Source: a virus (Duplodnaviria; Caudoviricetes). Taken from it: 63,361 nucleotides of DNA. The translations under genes and the position numbers were made by a program. Positions 34,660 to 42,518 of the stretch are shown here, in pieces. How positions within the stretch are numbered: the first letter of the stretch is position 1; every line of letters starts with the position of its first letter. The stretch is from the IMG/VR virus record IMGVR_UViG_3300045581_000306, positions 1-63,361 of that record; one strand, 5' to 3'. A model generated the notes under the pieces. That model was not told the DNA's origin. It was given only the letters and a program-made list of their open reading frames with translations, and searched no databases.

Positions 34660-35055
34660 TTAGTGTTTATGCGGGTTTGCGGGTGGATGGTTGCTGGGGA
34701 TGGTAAATGATTTGGACGATGGTTTTCTCGTCTTTTTTGTGCTTACATTTTTGTTGTTTGTAGTGTGCGGTGATTGATTCTGGATCGTCATCAGGAATGA
34801 GTCCAGAGTATCGAAGTTGATCGGTGAGAGGTTTTGTTCCCCCGACAAAGTTGTCAAAGTCTTGGAGTTTAGTGCTAACTCGTTCAATGACGAGAGTAGT
34901 GCGGTTTTTGCCTTTTGCTTGTGTTTGTGGAGGTGTGACCAATGGTTTGAGAGGATCGTGTTTAGGGACGGGGTCAAGTACCCTGTGAGATGGAGGGTGA
35001 GGGTAGTACTGCCCGTCTGGGTGTCGGTGGTAACCGAGCTTTTCGAGTTGTTCAT
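34660..35055 (-). CDS. ORF carrying a RusA-like N-terminal segment (PSLN...HW...K)
   Basis: TLTLHLTGYLTPSLNTILSNHWSHLHKHKQKAK; ATGA-coupled to the upstream gene. Confidence 0.5.
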   Translation of the reverse strand: MNNSKSSVTTDTQTGSTTLTLHLTGYLTPSLNTILSNHWSHLHKHKQKAKTALLSSLNELALNSKTLTTLSGEQNLSPINFDTLDSFLMTIQNQSPHTTNNKNVSTKKTRKPSSKSFTIPSNHPPANPHKH

Positions 35056-35068
35056 GTGTCCAATTCAT
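34667..35068 (-). CDS. RusA-like Holliday junction resolvase catalytic part (probable start MNWTHE)
   Basis: QDFDNFVGGTKPLTDQLRYSGLIPDDD matches DxDN..K...D.L...G...DD. Confidence 0.75.
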   Translation of the reverse strand: MNWTHEQLEKLGYHRHPDGQYYPHPPSHRVLDPVPKHDPLKPLVTPPQTQAKGKNRTTLVIERVSTKLQDFDNFVGGTKPLTDQLRYSGLIPDDDPESITAHYKQQKCKHKKDEKTIVQIIYHPQQPSTRKPA

Positions 35069-35342
35069 TGAGTCGGGATGCGAGATTTTTAAGATCACCG
35101 ATTTCGTTCAGGAATTGTTGCAGATCAGGTCGGTCATTGATTGCTAGGGCTACCCCATCGGAGAGATGTTCTACTAGTGCTTGGAGTTCAGGTGATGGAA
35201 CTGTTGCTGTGTTGGCGCAGAGATTTTCGTAGTTCTCCATGATGGTTTTAATGCAACCTGTGAGCAGCTGGGCGACGATAAGAAGTTTAATTTCGTGATC
35301 ATTCATGGATGGAACTTCTTTTGGAATGAATTTTTTTATCAT
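35052..35342 (-). CDS. Hypothetical protein
   Basis: 96 aa, helical. Confidence 0.55.
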   Translation of the reverse strand: MIKKFIPKEVPSMNDHEIKLLIVAQLLTGCIKTIMENYENLCANTATVPSPELQALVEHLSDGVALAINDRPDLQQFLNEIGDLKNLASRLNELDT

Positions 35343-35429
35343 AAAAAAGGGTTGCGAGGTTTTATGTGGTTACCTCGCGGGGTCTAATGATGACCAGCAA
35401 CTACAGGATGCCGCCACAATCCCCAAGGT
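35343..35429 (-). promoter_or_regulatory. Structured intergenic element ending in a terminator-like hairpin and U tract
   Basis: GCGAGGT-AACCACATAAA-ACCTCGC...CCCTTTTTT; upstream TGTGG complements loop CCACA. Confidence 0.45.
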
Positions 35430-35585
35430 TTACTCTTTCGGTAGGTAGCTGAATGTGTTGCCACCCGGAACTTCGTTTGGGTGGTTTCGTTCCCAATGTT
35501 TGTTGAAGTCCTCGGTCTTTTGTTCTTCGCGATCTTTGAGCATTTGGAAGTACTCTTCAGGATCGTCTTGGTAGTCTTTTTTCAT
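35430..35585 (-). CDS. 51-aa acidic protein (MKKDYQDDPEEYF...)
   Basis: Manual translation; TGATG coupling with the SSB gene. Confidence 0.55.
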   Translation of the reverse strand: MKKDYQDDPEEYFQMLKDREEQKTEDFNKHWERNHPNEVPGGNTFSYLPKE

Positions 35586-36043
35586 CAGAAAGGAATTTCG
35601 TCTGCTTCTTCTAGCGATGGTTTATATTCACGCTTTGGCAGGGATGCAGCGATCTCGTTGGAGGTCTTTAGTGCCTCTTGCGTATCACGCTTTGGTTGTC
35701 CTCCGCCAACGCCATTGAGGTACTTCGCCTTGATCTGGGTCTTGCCGTTGTATTCCTCTTCTTCTGTGACAATGACGACTCGTTTACCTGCGAATGGGAT
35801 TTTGCTCCATGTCCAGTTGTTTCCGAATACATCTGCCAGAACCTCCTCTGTACGCTCGTAAGCGTTGCTGGTGAGGTAGCCCAACCAAGTTATCTTCTTA
35901 CCCTTATGTGGGCCTGCTTCGTCCACCACGCATGGAATGCGAATGAACTGGGAGCCTTTGGATGATTTGTCGAACCATCCGAGTTGTGGAGCTTCTACGA
36001 TGCACTCGAAAGTGCCAACTGCGTCTAGCTTTTGGAATGCCAT
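35585..36043 (-). CDS. Single-stranded DNA-binding protein (DUF669-like)
   Basis: OB-fold-like pattern, EEYNGK, acidic tail DEIPF. Confidence 0.8.
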   Translation of the reverse strand: MAFQKLDAVGTFECIVEAPQLGWFDKSSKGSQFIRIPCVVDEAGPHKGKKITWLGYLTSNAYERTEEVLADVFGNNWTWSKIPFAGKRVVIVTEEEEYNGKTQIKAKYLNGVGGGQPKRDTQEALKTSNEIAASLPKREYKPSLEEADEIPF

Positions 36044-36044
36044 G

Positions 36045-36269
36045 TTAGTTTGTTTCTGGTTGTGTTGTTGTTTTCGCCTGCTGGTTGTTCTCGGCGTTTT
36101 CCGCCTCGATCTGCTCTCTCATGCTGTTGAGGACAGGAACGATCTTATTCGCCCAGTCTACTGCTTTGTTGTGTGGCATGAGAATCTCGATTTGCGTACC
36201 CACGGGTGGGGTGTGCTTTTTACGGGTGAACGCCGATAGAACTAGCTTCGTGTCTTTTTTATGCTTCAT
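36045..36269 (-). CDS. Hypothetical protein
   Basis: 74 aa, tight packing. Confidence 0.6.
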   Translation of the reverse strand: MKHKKDTKLVLSAFTRKKHTPPVGTQIEILMPHNKAVDWANKIVPVLNSMREQIEAENAENNQQAKTTTQPETN

Positions 36270-36280
36270 AATTTATTTAT

Positions 36281-36643
36281 TTATATGTCTCGTAATATCA
36301 CGAATGCTTGGCATCTCTGCCGTGGATTCGCGAATATTAATGGGCAAGGTCTGAAACCCTGTCCTTCGCTAATAATTCCATTATTGACTATCGATGTCAA
36401 GATGTTTGCGTAAATAATTTCCTCATCTTCCCGCAGGTCAAAATAGATGTCTTGACAGAGGTTGAGATCGTTCAAGTAGTCAGGCACGAAGTCGAGTTCC
36501 TCATCTTCGCGAACCCAGCATTGATCGGCCTCGTTGAACCTCCAACCTAGTTCATTTGCAATTTCTGCGTTGACGATGTGTTCGCAGATTTCTTCCAGAG
36601 CATCATCGTCGTCGTGAGGAAAAATAAATGTGTTATCTTTCAT
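36281..36643 (-). CDS. Phage ABA-sandwich-like protein
   Basis: NAEIA..LGW...PDYLNDLN...A.PRQRCQAF. Confidence 0.65.
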   Translation of the reverse strand: MKDNTFIFPHDDDDALEEICEHIVNAEIANELGWRFNEADQCWVREDEELDFVPDYLNDLNLCQDIYFDLREDEEIIYANILTSIVNNGIISEGQGFRPCPLIFANPRQRCQAFVILRDI

Positions 36644-36806
36644 TGTTTTTATAAAACGCTTTTAATTCTTGATAGCAATTCTTGCAGTAATACCTGCCAT
36701 GATTTTCGTTTTTTCCGGGGTGAACGAAACCATATTTTTTCTCTGTCTGATTCCTGCACTTTTTACCGAATGCGCCAGCACATTTTGTTGGTCTGTATGT
36801 TTTCAT
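36633..36806 (-). CDS. 57-aa Cys-containing protein (MKTYRPTKC...YCKNCY)
   Basis: Manual translation; TAATG coupling; fills the gap. Confidence 0.55.
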   Translation of the reverse strand: MKTYRPTKCAGAFGKKCRNQTEKKYGFVHPGKNENHGRYYCKNCYQELKAFYKNNER

Positions 36807-37507
36807 TATTTTTCAAATTTAACGATGATTGAGAAGTCACGAATGCGCCGAATGATCGGATGCGAGCGATCTTCTGATAGCATTTTGGATAATTGCGCTC
36901 CAGTTGCGTTTGTGGTGACTATTGTTGGTTTCAGATTATTGGTGCGATGCTCTAGCACATCGTAGAGTTCAACCTCTGCTCGTTCTGTCATCTTCTGCTT
37001 TCCAAGGTCATCAATGAGCAGGATGGATGTTCGGCGGCAACGATCCATTGCTTCGATAGCCATGCCCTTGTCCTCCCGGTTGTCATGCCATTGGTCGGCG
37101 GCGGCTTTGGCAAATTGAGTTGCTGTGAGTCCGTAGCAGGATCGTCCCTCCTCGGTCATTCGCTTCAAGATGTGCCATGCTGCTCTAGTCTTGCCTGTGC
37201 CAGCATAACCTTCCAGCAGGAGTCCTGTTGGTGAATACTGCCAAGATTCGGCGATTGCGCTAAAAGGCCCGTAGATTCGTTTTAAGTCTGTCTCCCTATA
37301 CAGAGGTGGGCAGATATCATCAAACGCAGTTTTAAGCCTAATTCTGCGCTCAAGCGAGGCTTTCTGCTCTGCCTCTTCCTGATACTTTTGCTCGCATGAC
37401 TCGCAAAGCAGTTTGAATTCAAGCGTACGCCCGAATGCTTCAATGAGCGGAACATCCACGATCTCAAAGCAGTTGTCCCCGGCGCAAGGTTTTTGTGTAG
37501 TGATCAT
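36806..37507 (-). CDS. DnaC/IstB-like helicase loader ATPase
   Basis: Walker A GYAGTGKT, Walker B LLIDDLG, PTIVTTN. Confidence 0.9.
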   Translation of the reverse strand: MITTQKPCAGDNCFEIVDVPLIEAFGRTLEFKLLCESCEQKYQEEAEQKASLERRIRLKTAFDDICPPLYRETDLKRIYGPFSAIAESWQYSPTGLLLEGYAGTGKTRAAWHILKRMTEEGRSCYGLTATQFAKAAADQWHDNREDKGMAIEAMDRCRRTSILLIDDLGKQKMTERAEVELYDVLEHRTNNLKPTIVTTNATGAQLSKMLSEDRSHPIIRRIRDFSIIVKFEK

Positions 37508-37521
37508 TAGTTTTTAATTGG

Positions 37522-38283
37522 TTACCAAGACGAGAAGTCGTACTCTGGTGGTATTTCACTTTTCGGTGGTTGTGGCGCAGCAGGTTTGTGGCGATTAAGC
37601 CAACCTACCACGAACTTACGGGTCATCTCCCGGTTGTTTGCGGAACACCACGCTTCCATTTTGCCGAGTTCGGAATCGATGGCGATGTCCGGGTAGTGGC
37701 TTTTGAGGTCTGCGATCCATTCGGCGTCGATTGGTTTTTGTTGACGCTTACGCTTTGGTTTCGGTTCCTCAACTTTTTGTTCAGAATGCGATGGCATTCC
37801 CACCGCATCATCATTGTTGTTGTTGCCGCCTACTAATACGATAGCTTTAGCTAGAGTATTAGTATATGAAGATGAAGAATGAAGAGCATCGGTTTGGGAT
37901 GCCTGTTGGGATATCCCAGATTGATGCGATGGGATATGCGTTGGGATGCCTTCTTTGCCATTTTCTTCGTTTTTCCATCGTTTTTCTGAATTCGCCTTTT
38001 GTTTCGCACGATATTCGTTTTGCTTTTGTTTTATCGATTCAAGTCTAGCGTTACGCAACTTGCCATCTTGGCATATGCCAAACTTATCCCAAATTGATGC
38101 GATGGCATTCCCATCGCATCCTGCGATTCTGGCAAGAATTACCTTGTCGTTCGGCAAACCATCGTTCGTCCATTGGTAGCAAAGCAGTCGAATGTATGCC
38201 CCGGTCTCCTCGGCAGACAGCATTGCTGTACCTACCAAAAAATCCTGCGGGTAGAATTGAAAAGCGGGTGTATTAGATTTCAT
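37522..38283 (-). CDS. Replication initiator, YdaU/DUF1376 family
   Basis: PAFQFYPQDFL.GT..LS.EE.GAY.RLLC.QW...LP. Confidence 0.85.
   Translation of the reverse strand: MKSNTPAFQFYPQDFLVGTAMLSAEETGAYIRLLCYQWTNDGLPNDKVILARIAGCDGNAIASIWDKFGICQDGKLRNARLESIKQKQNEYRAKQKANSEKRWKNEENGKEGIPTHIPSHQSGISQQASQTDALHSSSSYTNTLAKAIVLVGGNNNNDDAVGMPSHSEQKVEEPKPKRKRQQKPIDAEWIADLKSHYPDIAIDSELGKMEAWCSANNREMTRKFVVGWLNRHKPAAPQPPKSEIPPEYDFSSW
37786..38120. other. Probable replication origin (iterons and AT-rich tract in the initiator gene)
   Basis: Repeated (G)ATGCGATGG; palindrome 38096-38120; T-rich tract 37955-38040. Confidence 0.6.
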
Positions 38284-38608
38284 CTGCGATGCTTTGCTTG
38301 GTTTGGAATATTCCTTTTAAGTCTGCGTTCTCTGCCATAATCTTTCGAGCGTAGCAAGCCCGGAAATCATTACTCAATTTATAATCATCCTCTGAATCGG
38401 TGGTCATGTAGTAATTCCACCGCAGAACCTCATACAGCATTCCTATGCCGATCTTGCTCTCGCCCCGGCGATCTCTGAACTGCCTAGCAAGATTGACCAG
38501 AGCATCGTAAACATGAGGATTTGCCGAATGGAATCGTTTGAAGCGTTCAGGGATCGAGTCGCCTTTAACTTCATTAATCGGCTCAAAATTAAATTCGTTT
38601 TGTTCCAT
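38273..38608 (-). CDS. Conserved phage hypothetical protein
   Basis: F..FH..NPHVY...E.LRW...YKL.N.F...YAR. Confidence 0.75.
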   Translation of the reverse strand: MEQNEFNFEPINEVKGDSIPERFKRFHSANPHVYDALVNLARQFRDRRGESKIGIGMLYEVLRWNYYMTTDSEDDYKLSNDFRACYARKIMAENADLKGIFQTKQSIADEI

Positions 38609-38792
38609 ATTTTTTCAAGATTCTTACCAATGATTCTAATGCTTCTTCGCGATTCCATCGCAATCCCTCTTCGATGACCGAATGCCACTTGTTGTCGATC
38701 TCAACTTCGTAGTCCCACCGGGCGCAATCATCTTGATGATTAGGAACGCACCGAAGCGGGAATCCCATAAACTCATTATATTTTTCTTTCAT
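38589..38792 (-). CDS. Hypothetical protein
   Basis: 67 aa, ATGA-coupled. Confidence 0.6.
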   Translation of the reverse strand: MKEKYNEFMGFPLRCVPNHQDDCARWDYEVEIDNKWHSVIEEGLRWNREEALESLVRILKKYGTKRI

Positions 38793-39787
38793 TTCTTTTT
38801 GTCTTCGATCAACCGGGTTGATTCTTTTCCGATCACCATGTCTTCATTAGCCGGGAAGTAATCCCGTGCTGCTGCCCATTTGCGGAAGTCTTCCGCGCCA
38901 ATGTTGCCAAACAACTCGGCAACTTCTTTGTAGGTTGCACCTGTAGCCTGTGCCGCCTCGGCAACAGAATTAGGAGTGAACTCCTCTTTGCCCCTTGCTT
39001 TGGATAGCCTCCAACCGGGAACTTCTTCGCCGCGCTCGATACGCTCCTTCGCTTCTTTCTTCGCCCAGTCCCACAATTCGGTTTTGAAAATGTTACAGGA
39101 TTTAAGGAATTTTCCCAGCTTCTCTGGTTTGGCGAGTTGCGCCTTGAGGGTATCAATTGATACCTCGTTATTGACAACTCGGAGCGTCTGCTCGGCAGGC
39201 TTGACAACCTGTGGGCAAGTAGACTTTTTAGCACACCATGAGCAATATTGGCAGGCGGATGGTTGTTTGTCTGGATCGTTGTACGCCGCGATGATTCGCT
39301 CCACGATCTCCGTAGCGGAGTCCATCGTGAAGTGATGAGTAACCACTCTGCCCTGATCGCAATAAACAATGTGGCAAGTCCATTCTGGTTCAAAGAACCT
39401 AGTCATGTTGCCAAGTGCGTATGCAGCCATTTGAGCCTCGTAATCATACGAATTCCCTGTTTTCAGGTCTAGGCTAGTGCGAATGTCTGCCGCCCGAATG
39501 TCTTCCGTTCCGACATGATCCATGCCGGGAGTTTTCACCCACAATTCTGACTCGCGAGTCTCAATGACTGTCTGGTCTGGAACAAGACTCTTAACGAGAT
39601 TAATCGCAGTCTGCGCGGATGTACGATCCTTGTCGTTGTCCAGTTCGTTCAAGCAGTCTTCACCTTGAAGCATTCGACGCACAACAGAGTCGATCTTCGT
39701 TCCCCTGCTTGCTGCCGGGGATGTACCCCCGGCAGACTCGTAGCATGGGCAAGCCTGCAATTTTGGTAGTGCAGAGTGCCTAATCAT
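38789..39787 (-). CDS. PD-(D/E)XK (Cas4/RecB-like) exonuclease
   Basis: CP..., GTED, DLKTG, Q.AAYAL, C..C..C.....CP. Confidence 0.8.
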   Translation of the reverse strand: MIRHSALPKLQACPCYESAGGTSPAASRGTKIDSVVRRMLQGEDCLNELDNDKDRTSAQTAINLVKSLVPDQTVIETRESELWVKTPGMDHVGTEDIRAADIRTSLDLKTGNSYDYEAQMAAYALGNMTRFFEPEWTCHIVYCDQGRVVTHHFTMDSATEIVERIIAAYNDPDKQPSACQYCSWCAKKSTCPQVVKPAEQTLRVVNNEVSIDTLKAQLAKPEKLGKFLKSCNIFKTELWDWAKKEAKERIERGEEVPGWRLSKARGKEEFTPNSVAEAAQATGATYKEVAELFGNIGAEDFRKWAAARDYFPANEDMVIGKESTRLIEDKKK

Positions 39788-40623
39788 TTCTTTCCTCCGG
39801 TAGCCGCCTTAACGAATCCCTCGGCATTCGCGATGATGCGCTTGCGGTATTCGTTGTCTGCTAGATCGCGCCATGTCTGACCAACCTCGATCTGTCCCTT
39901 GGCGACAAGGAATGCGTTGACTGGCAGTTCATGCGATCCCAGCACAGGCTCAAGATCGGCGATCCATGATCCATCTTCAGCAACGATGTTGTTTTCAACA
40001 ACGACGATTTCCTCTGGTTTGACCTCTTCAGTCTTGATCTCGATCACCTCTGGTTCTGGCTCGACCTTCTTCGCTTTCTTCGCAGGTGCTGGCGCAGGAG
40101 CGGGTGCAGGCGCAGGCGCAGGAGCGGATACGGATGGCGCGAAGTCTTGCACTTCCTCTGGAGTATAAAATCCTTGCAAAACAGCAGGATACACTCCGCG
40201 AACTCCATCCGAAATAACGCGAGCGCGAAGCATTTGGCGAGGGTACTTTTTCCAGTTGTCTTTTGTTCCAAGACCAGCAGCTTTCGCCCGGTTCATGTCC
40301 CAGTCTACTTTAAGCGATCCACCAGCAGGGTGGCTGAATGTTCCGCTGACGCATTCGTCGGTGTACTCGCTCCACTCGACCTTGCCGCCTGCGCTTTGGA
40401 AACGAGCAAGAATGGCATCTGCCTTCAATGCTGGTCGGCCTTGAATGATGTGGTATTCGGCGGCAACTGTGCCGGGATGCCTGCCCTCTGCTTGCGCGAC
40501 AAGCATGAGTGCTACTGCCTCCTCGGTTTTGCGAAGTCCGAATAGACCGGACTTGACGATGTGGTTTGCCATGATCTCCAGTTCGGAAACAGGAGCGGGT
40601 TGGGTTTGGATTAATTGTGACAT
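39784..40623 (-). CDS. RecT/Bet-like single-strand annealing protein
   Basis: IIQGRP.L; W.KYPRQML.AR.IS.G.R..YP..L.G.Y.PEE. Confidence 0.8.
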   Translation of the reverse strand: MSQLIQTQPAPVSELEIMANHIVKSGLFGLRKTEEAVALMLVAQAEGRHPGTVAAEYHIIQGRPALKADAILARFQSAGGKVEWSEYTDECVSGTFSHPAGGSLKVDWDMNRAKAAGLGTKDNWKKYPRQMLRARVISDGVRGVYPAVLQGFYTPEEVQDFAPSVSAPAPAPAPAPAPAPAKKAKKVEPEPEVIEIKTEEVKPEEIVVVENNIVAEDGSWIADLEPVLGSHELPVNAFLVAKGQIEVGQTWRDLADNEYRKRIIANAEGFVKAATGGKK

Positions 40624-40630
40624 AATGTAT

Positions 40631-40954
40631 TTATTGGGTTAGTTGGTTACGGAGTGTTTCGTTGTAGATTTGAGCGGAGAGAAGAGCATTCTGATGCTGT
40701 AGCCTCTCCAACTCTTGTTCTGGGTTTTCCTGTGGAAGCACATCGTTGTCTGGCAGGATGCCAGCATATACAGGTGCATTTACAGGTTGGGTTGGTTCTG
40801 CCTGCTGATTTTGCAGGTAGAAATCTTTGATATGCGGAACGCTTTTTTTTGGGTAGGTCAGCGTCCGGGTTTCGGTGTAGGTTTCTTTGCTCACACTAGA
40901 GCAAGCCTGAACGGCAAGTGCCGTTGTTATGACTGCTAATTGCTGTAGTTTCAT
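40631..40954 (-). CDS. Lipoprotein, 107 aa (start MKLQQLAV)
   Basis: Signal peptide ending AVQAC; ATGA-coupled to a 45-aa ORF. Confidence 0.65.
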   Translation of the reverse strand: MKLQQLAVITTALAVQACSSVSKETYTETRTLTYPKKSVPHIKDFYLQNQQAEPTQPVNAPVYAGILPDNDVLPQENPEQELERLQHQNALLSAQIYNETLRNQLTQ

Positions 40955-41088
40955 TTTTTCTCCTTCTTGGTTTTCTTCTGGGGGTAAACTGTGCTTTTGA
41001 ATTTCGGAACTTGATTTTCGCAAGCCCGGATGATCCGCAGGTATGCTTCCGGTGGAAGGCAGGTCGCTTCGTTTTTTTCGGTTCCCAT
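40951..41088 (-). CDS. 45-aa hypothetical (MGTEKNEATCLPPEAYLRII...)
   Basis: Manual translation; tiles between neighbours. Confidence 0.55.
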   Translation of the reverse strand: MGTEKNEATCLPPEAYLRIIRACENQVPKFKSTVYPQKKTKKEKK

Positions 41089-41090
41089 TT

Positions 41091-41249
41091 TTAGTCCTCC
41101 TCAAATTCTTGCCAGCGTTGTTTCCGTTCCCGTCTCCGTTTCCTGTACTCTTCGTATTCGTCGAGGACGCTTTGTCTGCCTGCGCGATAGGCAACACATA
41201 TTGCGAGCAAGCTAGCGATGCCAACGCCGATAATGTAGAGGTCATTCAT
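41091..41249 (-). CDS. 52-aa single-TM protein (MNDLYIIGVGIASLLAICVAYRAG...)
   Basis: Manual translation; TM helix plus charged tail. Confidence 0.6.
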   Translation of the reverse strand: MNDLYIIGVGIASLLAICVAYRAGRQSVLDEYEEYRKRRRERKQRWQEFEED

Positions 41250-41361
41250 GTTTTCCGATTGTTAATGCGGTAAATGTTGCTCCTGCCAATATGGCAACTG
41301 GCAGGAAGGTGAACACGAACTCCAAGCAATGCTGGAGGGTAACAATTAGTGGTACATTCAT
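41242..41361 (-). CDS. 39-aa hydrophobic peptide (MNVPLIVTLQHCLEF...)
   Basis: Manual translation; A-rich upstream region. Confidence 0.5.
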   Translation of the reverse strand: MNVPLIVTLQHCLEFVFTFLPVAILAGATFTALTIGKHE

Positions 41362-41380
41362 GGATTTATTTTTGGGTTGT

Positions 41381-41403
41381 GGATCAGGGATAGAACCTGA
41401 TCC
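41381..41403 (-). other. Stem-loop capped by a tRNA T-loop-like heptaloop
   Basis: GGATCAGG-TTCTATC-CCTGATCC. Confidence 0.6.
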
Positions 41404-41411
41404 GAATTTTT

Positions 41412-42158
41412 TCAGGCAGGGAGCGCGTCAATGATCTCTTGATATCTAGCGTTATAAGCCTTGCTGTTTCTGCGTCCCGTTAACTTGGCGGCTATTTCTG
41501 AAAGGATATTAATTGCGCGATCAGAAGGGATATTACCTTTCAAGATTTCGCGGGAAACGCTACCAGCAAATTGATGAGGTTGGTCATCGGCGAAACGCTC
41601 CAGAATATTGCGTCCGAAAGCGGCAATGATTTTATCTATGCGAGACGATTTCTCGGCATTCTTTGCGGCGAGATAGGGAGCGATCAATTCGGCGGCAACC
41701 TTCGCGCAATGCTGACCATCACCAGAGTTCCATGTGGCAACGAAAGACACATATTCTGGGTCGGTGGTGACAAGGTCGCGAAGTGATTTGCCAGCATATT
41801 TCCCAAAAGGAAGGATGCTCCAGTCGGTGGTGCGAATGCGTTCTGCTTCACGCTCGCGTTCTGCTTCTAATGCCTCGGCAGATCGGCGTTGGATTTCGGA
41901 CAAGTCCCAATCGATATCAAGTCTGCGACGACGAGGATCGACTCCATGCTCGTCGAGCCATGCGTTAGCGGCAACGAGTGCCTGATCCTTGTCAGTAGAA
42001 AGGTTTTTGATGAACTGATCACGCTCGGCAATTTGAGCCTCAACTGCACCAGTCTGCTCGTAGCCCTCGCTGCGAACATAAATGGTTTCATCGAACCTGT
42101 GCTTGAGAGTGTAAAACCCGTTAAGGTCACCCGTGGAGATGTAGTAGTAGTTTTTCAT
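41412..42158 (-). CDS. Early protein with PFGKY.G (ExoX C-terminal/DUF3820-like) motif
   Basis: LPFGKYAGKSLRDL...DPEYV.F. Confidence 0.75.
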   Translation of the reverse strand: MKNYYYISTGDLNGFYTLKHRFDETIYVRSEGYEQTGAVEAQIAERDQFIKNLSTDKDQALVAANAWLDEHGVDPRRRRLDIDWDLSEIQRRSAEALEAEREREAERIRTTDWSILPFGKYAGKSLRDLVTTDPEYVSFVATWNSGDGQHCAKVAAELIAPYLAAKNAEKSSRIDKIIAAFGRNILERFADDQPHQFAGSVSREILKGNIPSDRAINILSEIAAKLTGRRNSKAYNARYQEIIDALPA

Positions 42159-42167
42159 TAGGATTTG

Positions 42168-42222
42168 AAATTAACCCAAGCAAGTTGGGTGGTCAATAAC
42201 TTTTTTTTGCTGCTGTGTCATA
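42168..42222 (-). promoter_or_regulatory. Early promoter P4 with palindromic operator
   Basis: TATGACA...TTGACC-ACCCAA-CTTGC-TTGGGT-TAATTT. Confidence 0.75.
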
Positions 42223-42472
42223 GCCACTCGTTGTGCGCTAGACCCTTTGCCAAGGCCCATCGGCAGACATCTGCTGTATTCCGAAAACCAAATTTCCGGT
42301 GCAGAGATTCACGATGTTTTTCGACTGTCTTGATGCTGATACCGAGGATATCGGCGATTTGCGGATTCGTGTTTCCTGCCGCGATTAATCCAGCAACCTC
42401 CTGCTCGCGCCGCGATGCTTTCGGCAGCTTGCCCGCTTTCGCTTCAAATAATTTTTCGATGAGAGATTTCAT
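42218..42472 (-). CDS. Stand-alone LuxR/GerE-type HTH regulator
   Basis: SRREQEV..LIA.G.TN.QIA..LGIS.KTVEKHR.SL..K. Confidence 0.9.
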   Translation of the reverse strand: MKSLIEKLFEAKAGKLPKASRREQEVAGLIAAGNTNPQIADILGISIKTVEKHRESLHRKFGFRNTADVCRWALAKGLAHNEWL

Positions 42473-42485
42473 TTTTTGGAAAGAT

Positions 42486-42510
42486 GGGGCGAGGGATTGA
42501 ACCTCGCCCC
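42486..42510 (-). other. Stem-loop capped by a tRNA T-loop-like heptaloop
   Basis: GGGGCGAGG-TTCAATC-CCTCGCCCC. Confidence 0.6.
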
Positions 42511-42518
42511 GGTTGAGA

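Noticed and set aside
38789-39787. Cas4-like nuclease as part of a CRISPR system
   Set aside because: No array or other cas genes; adjacency to the SSAP indicates a recombination exonuclease.
40631-41245. 204-aa ORF as called in the track
   Set aside because: Better explained by small coupled ORFs plus a lipoprotein starting at 40954.
42486-42510. T-loop hairpins as tRNA remnants or att sites
   Set aside because: No D or anticodon arms, stems differ, and no integrase was recognised.
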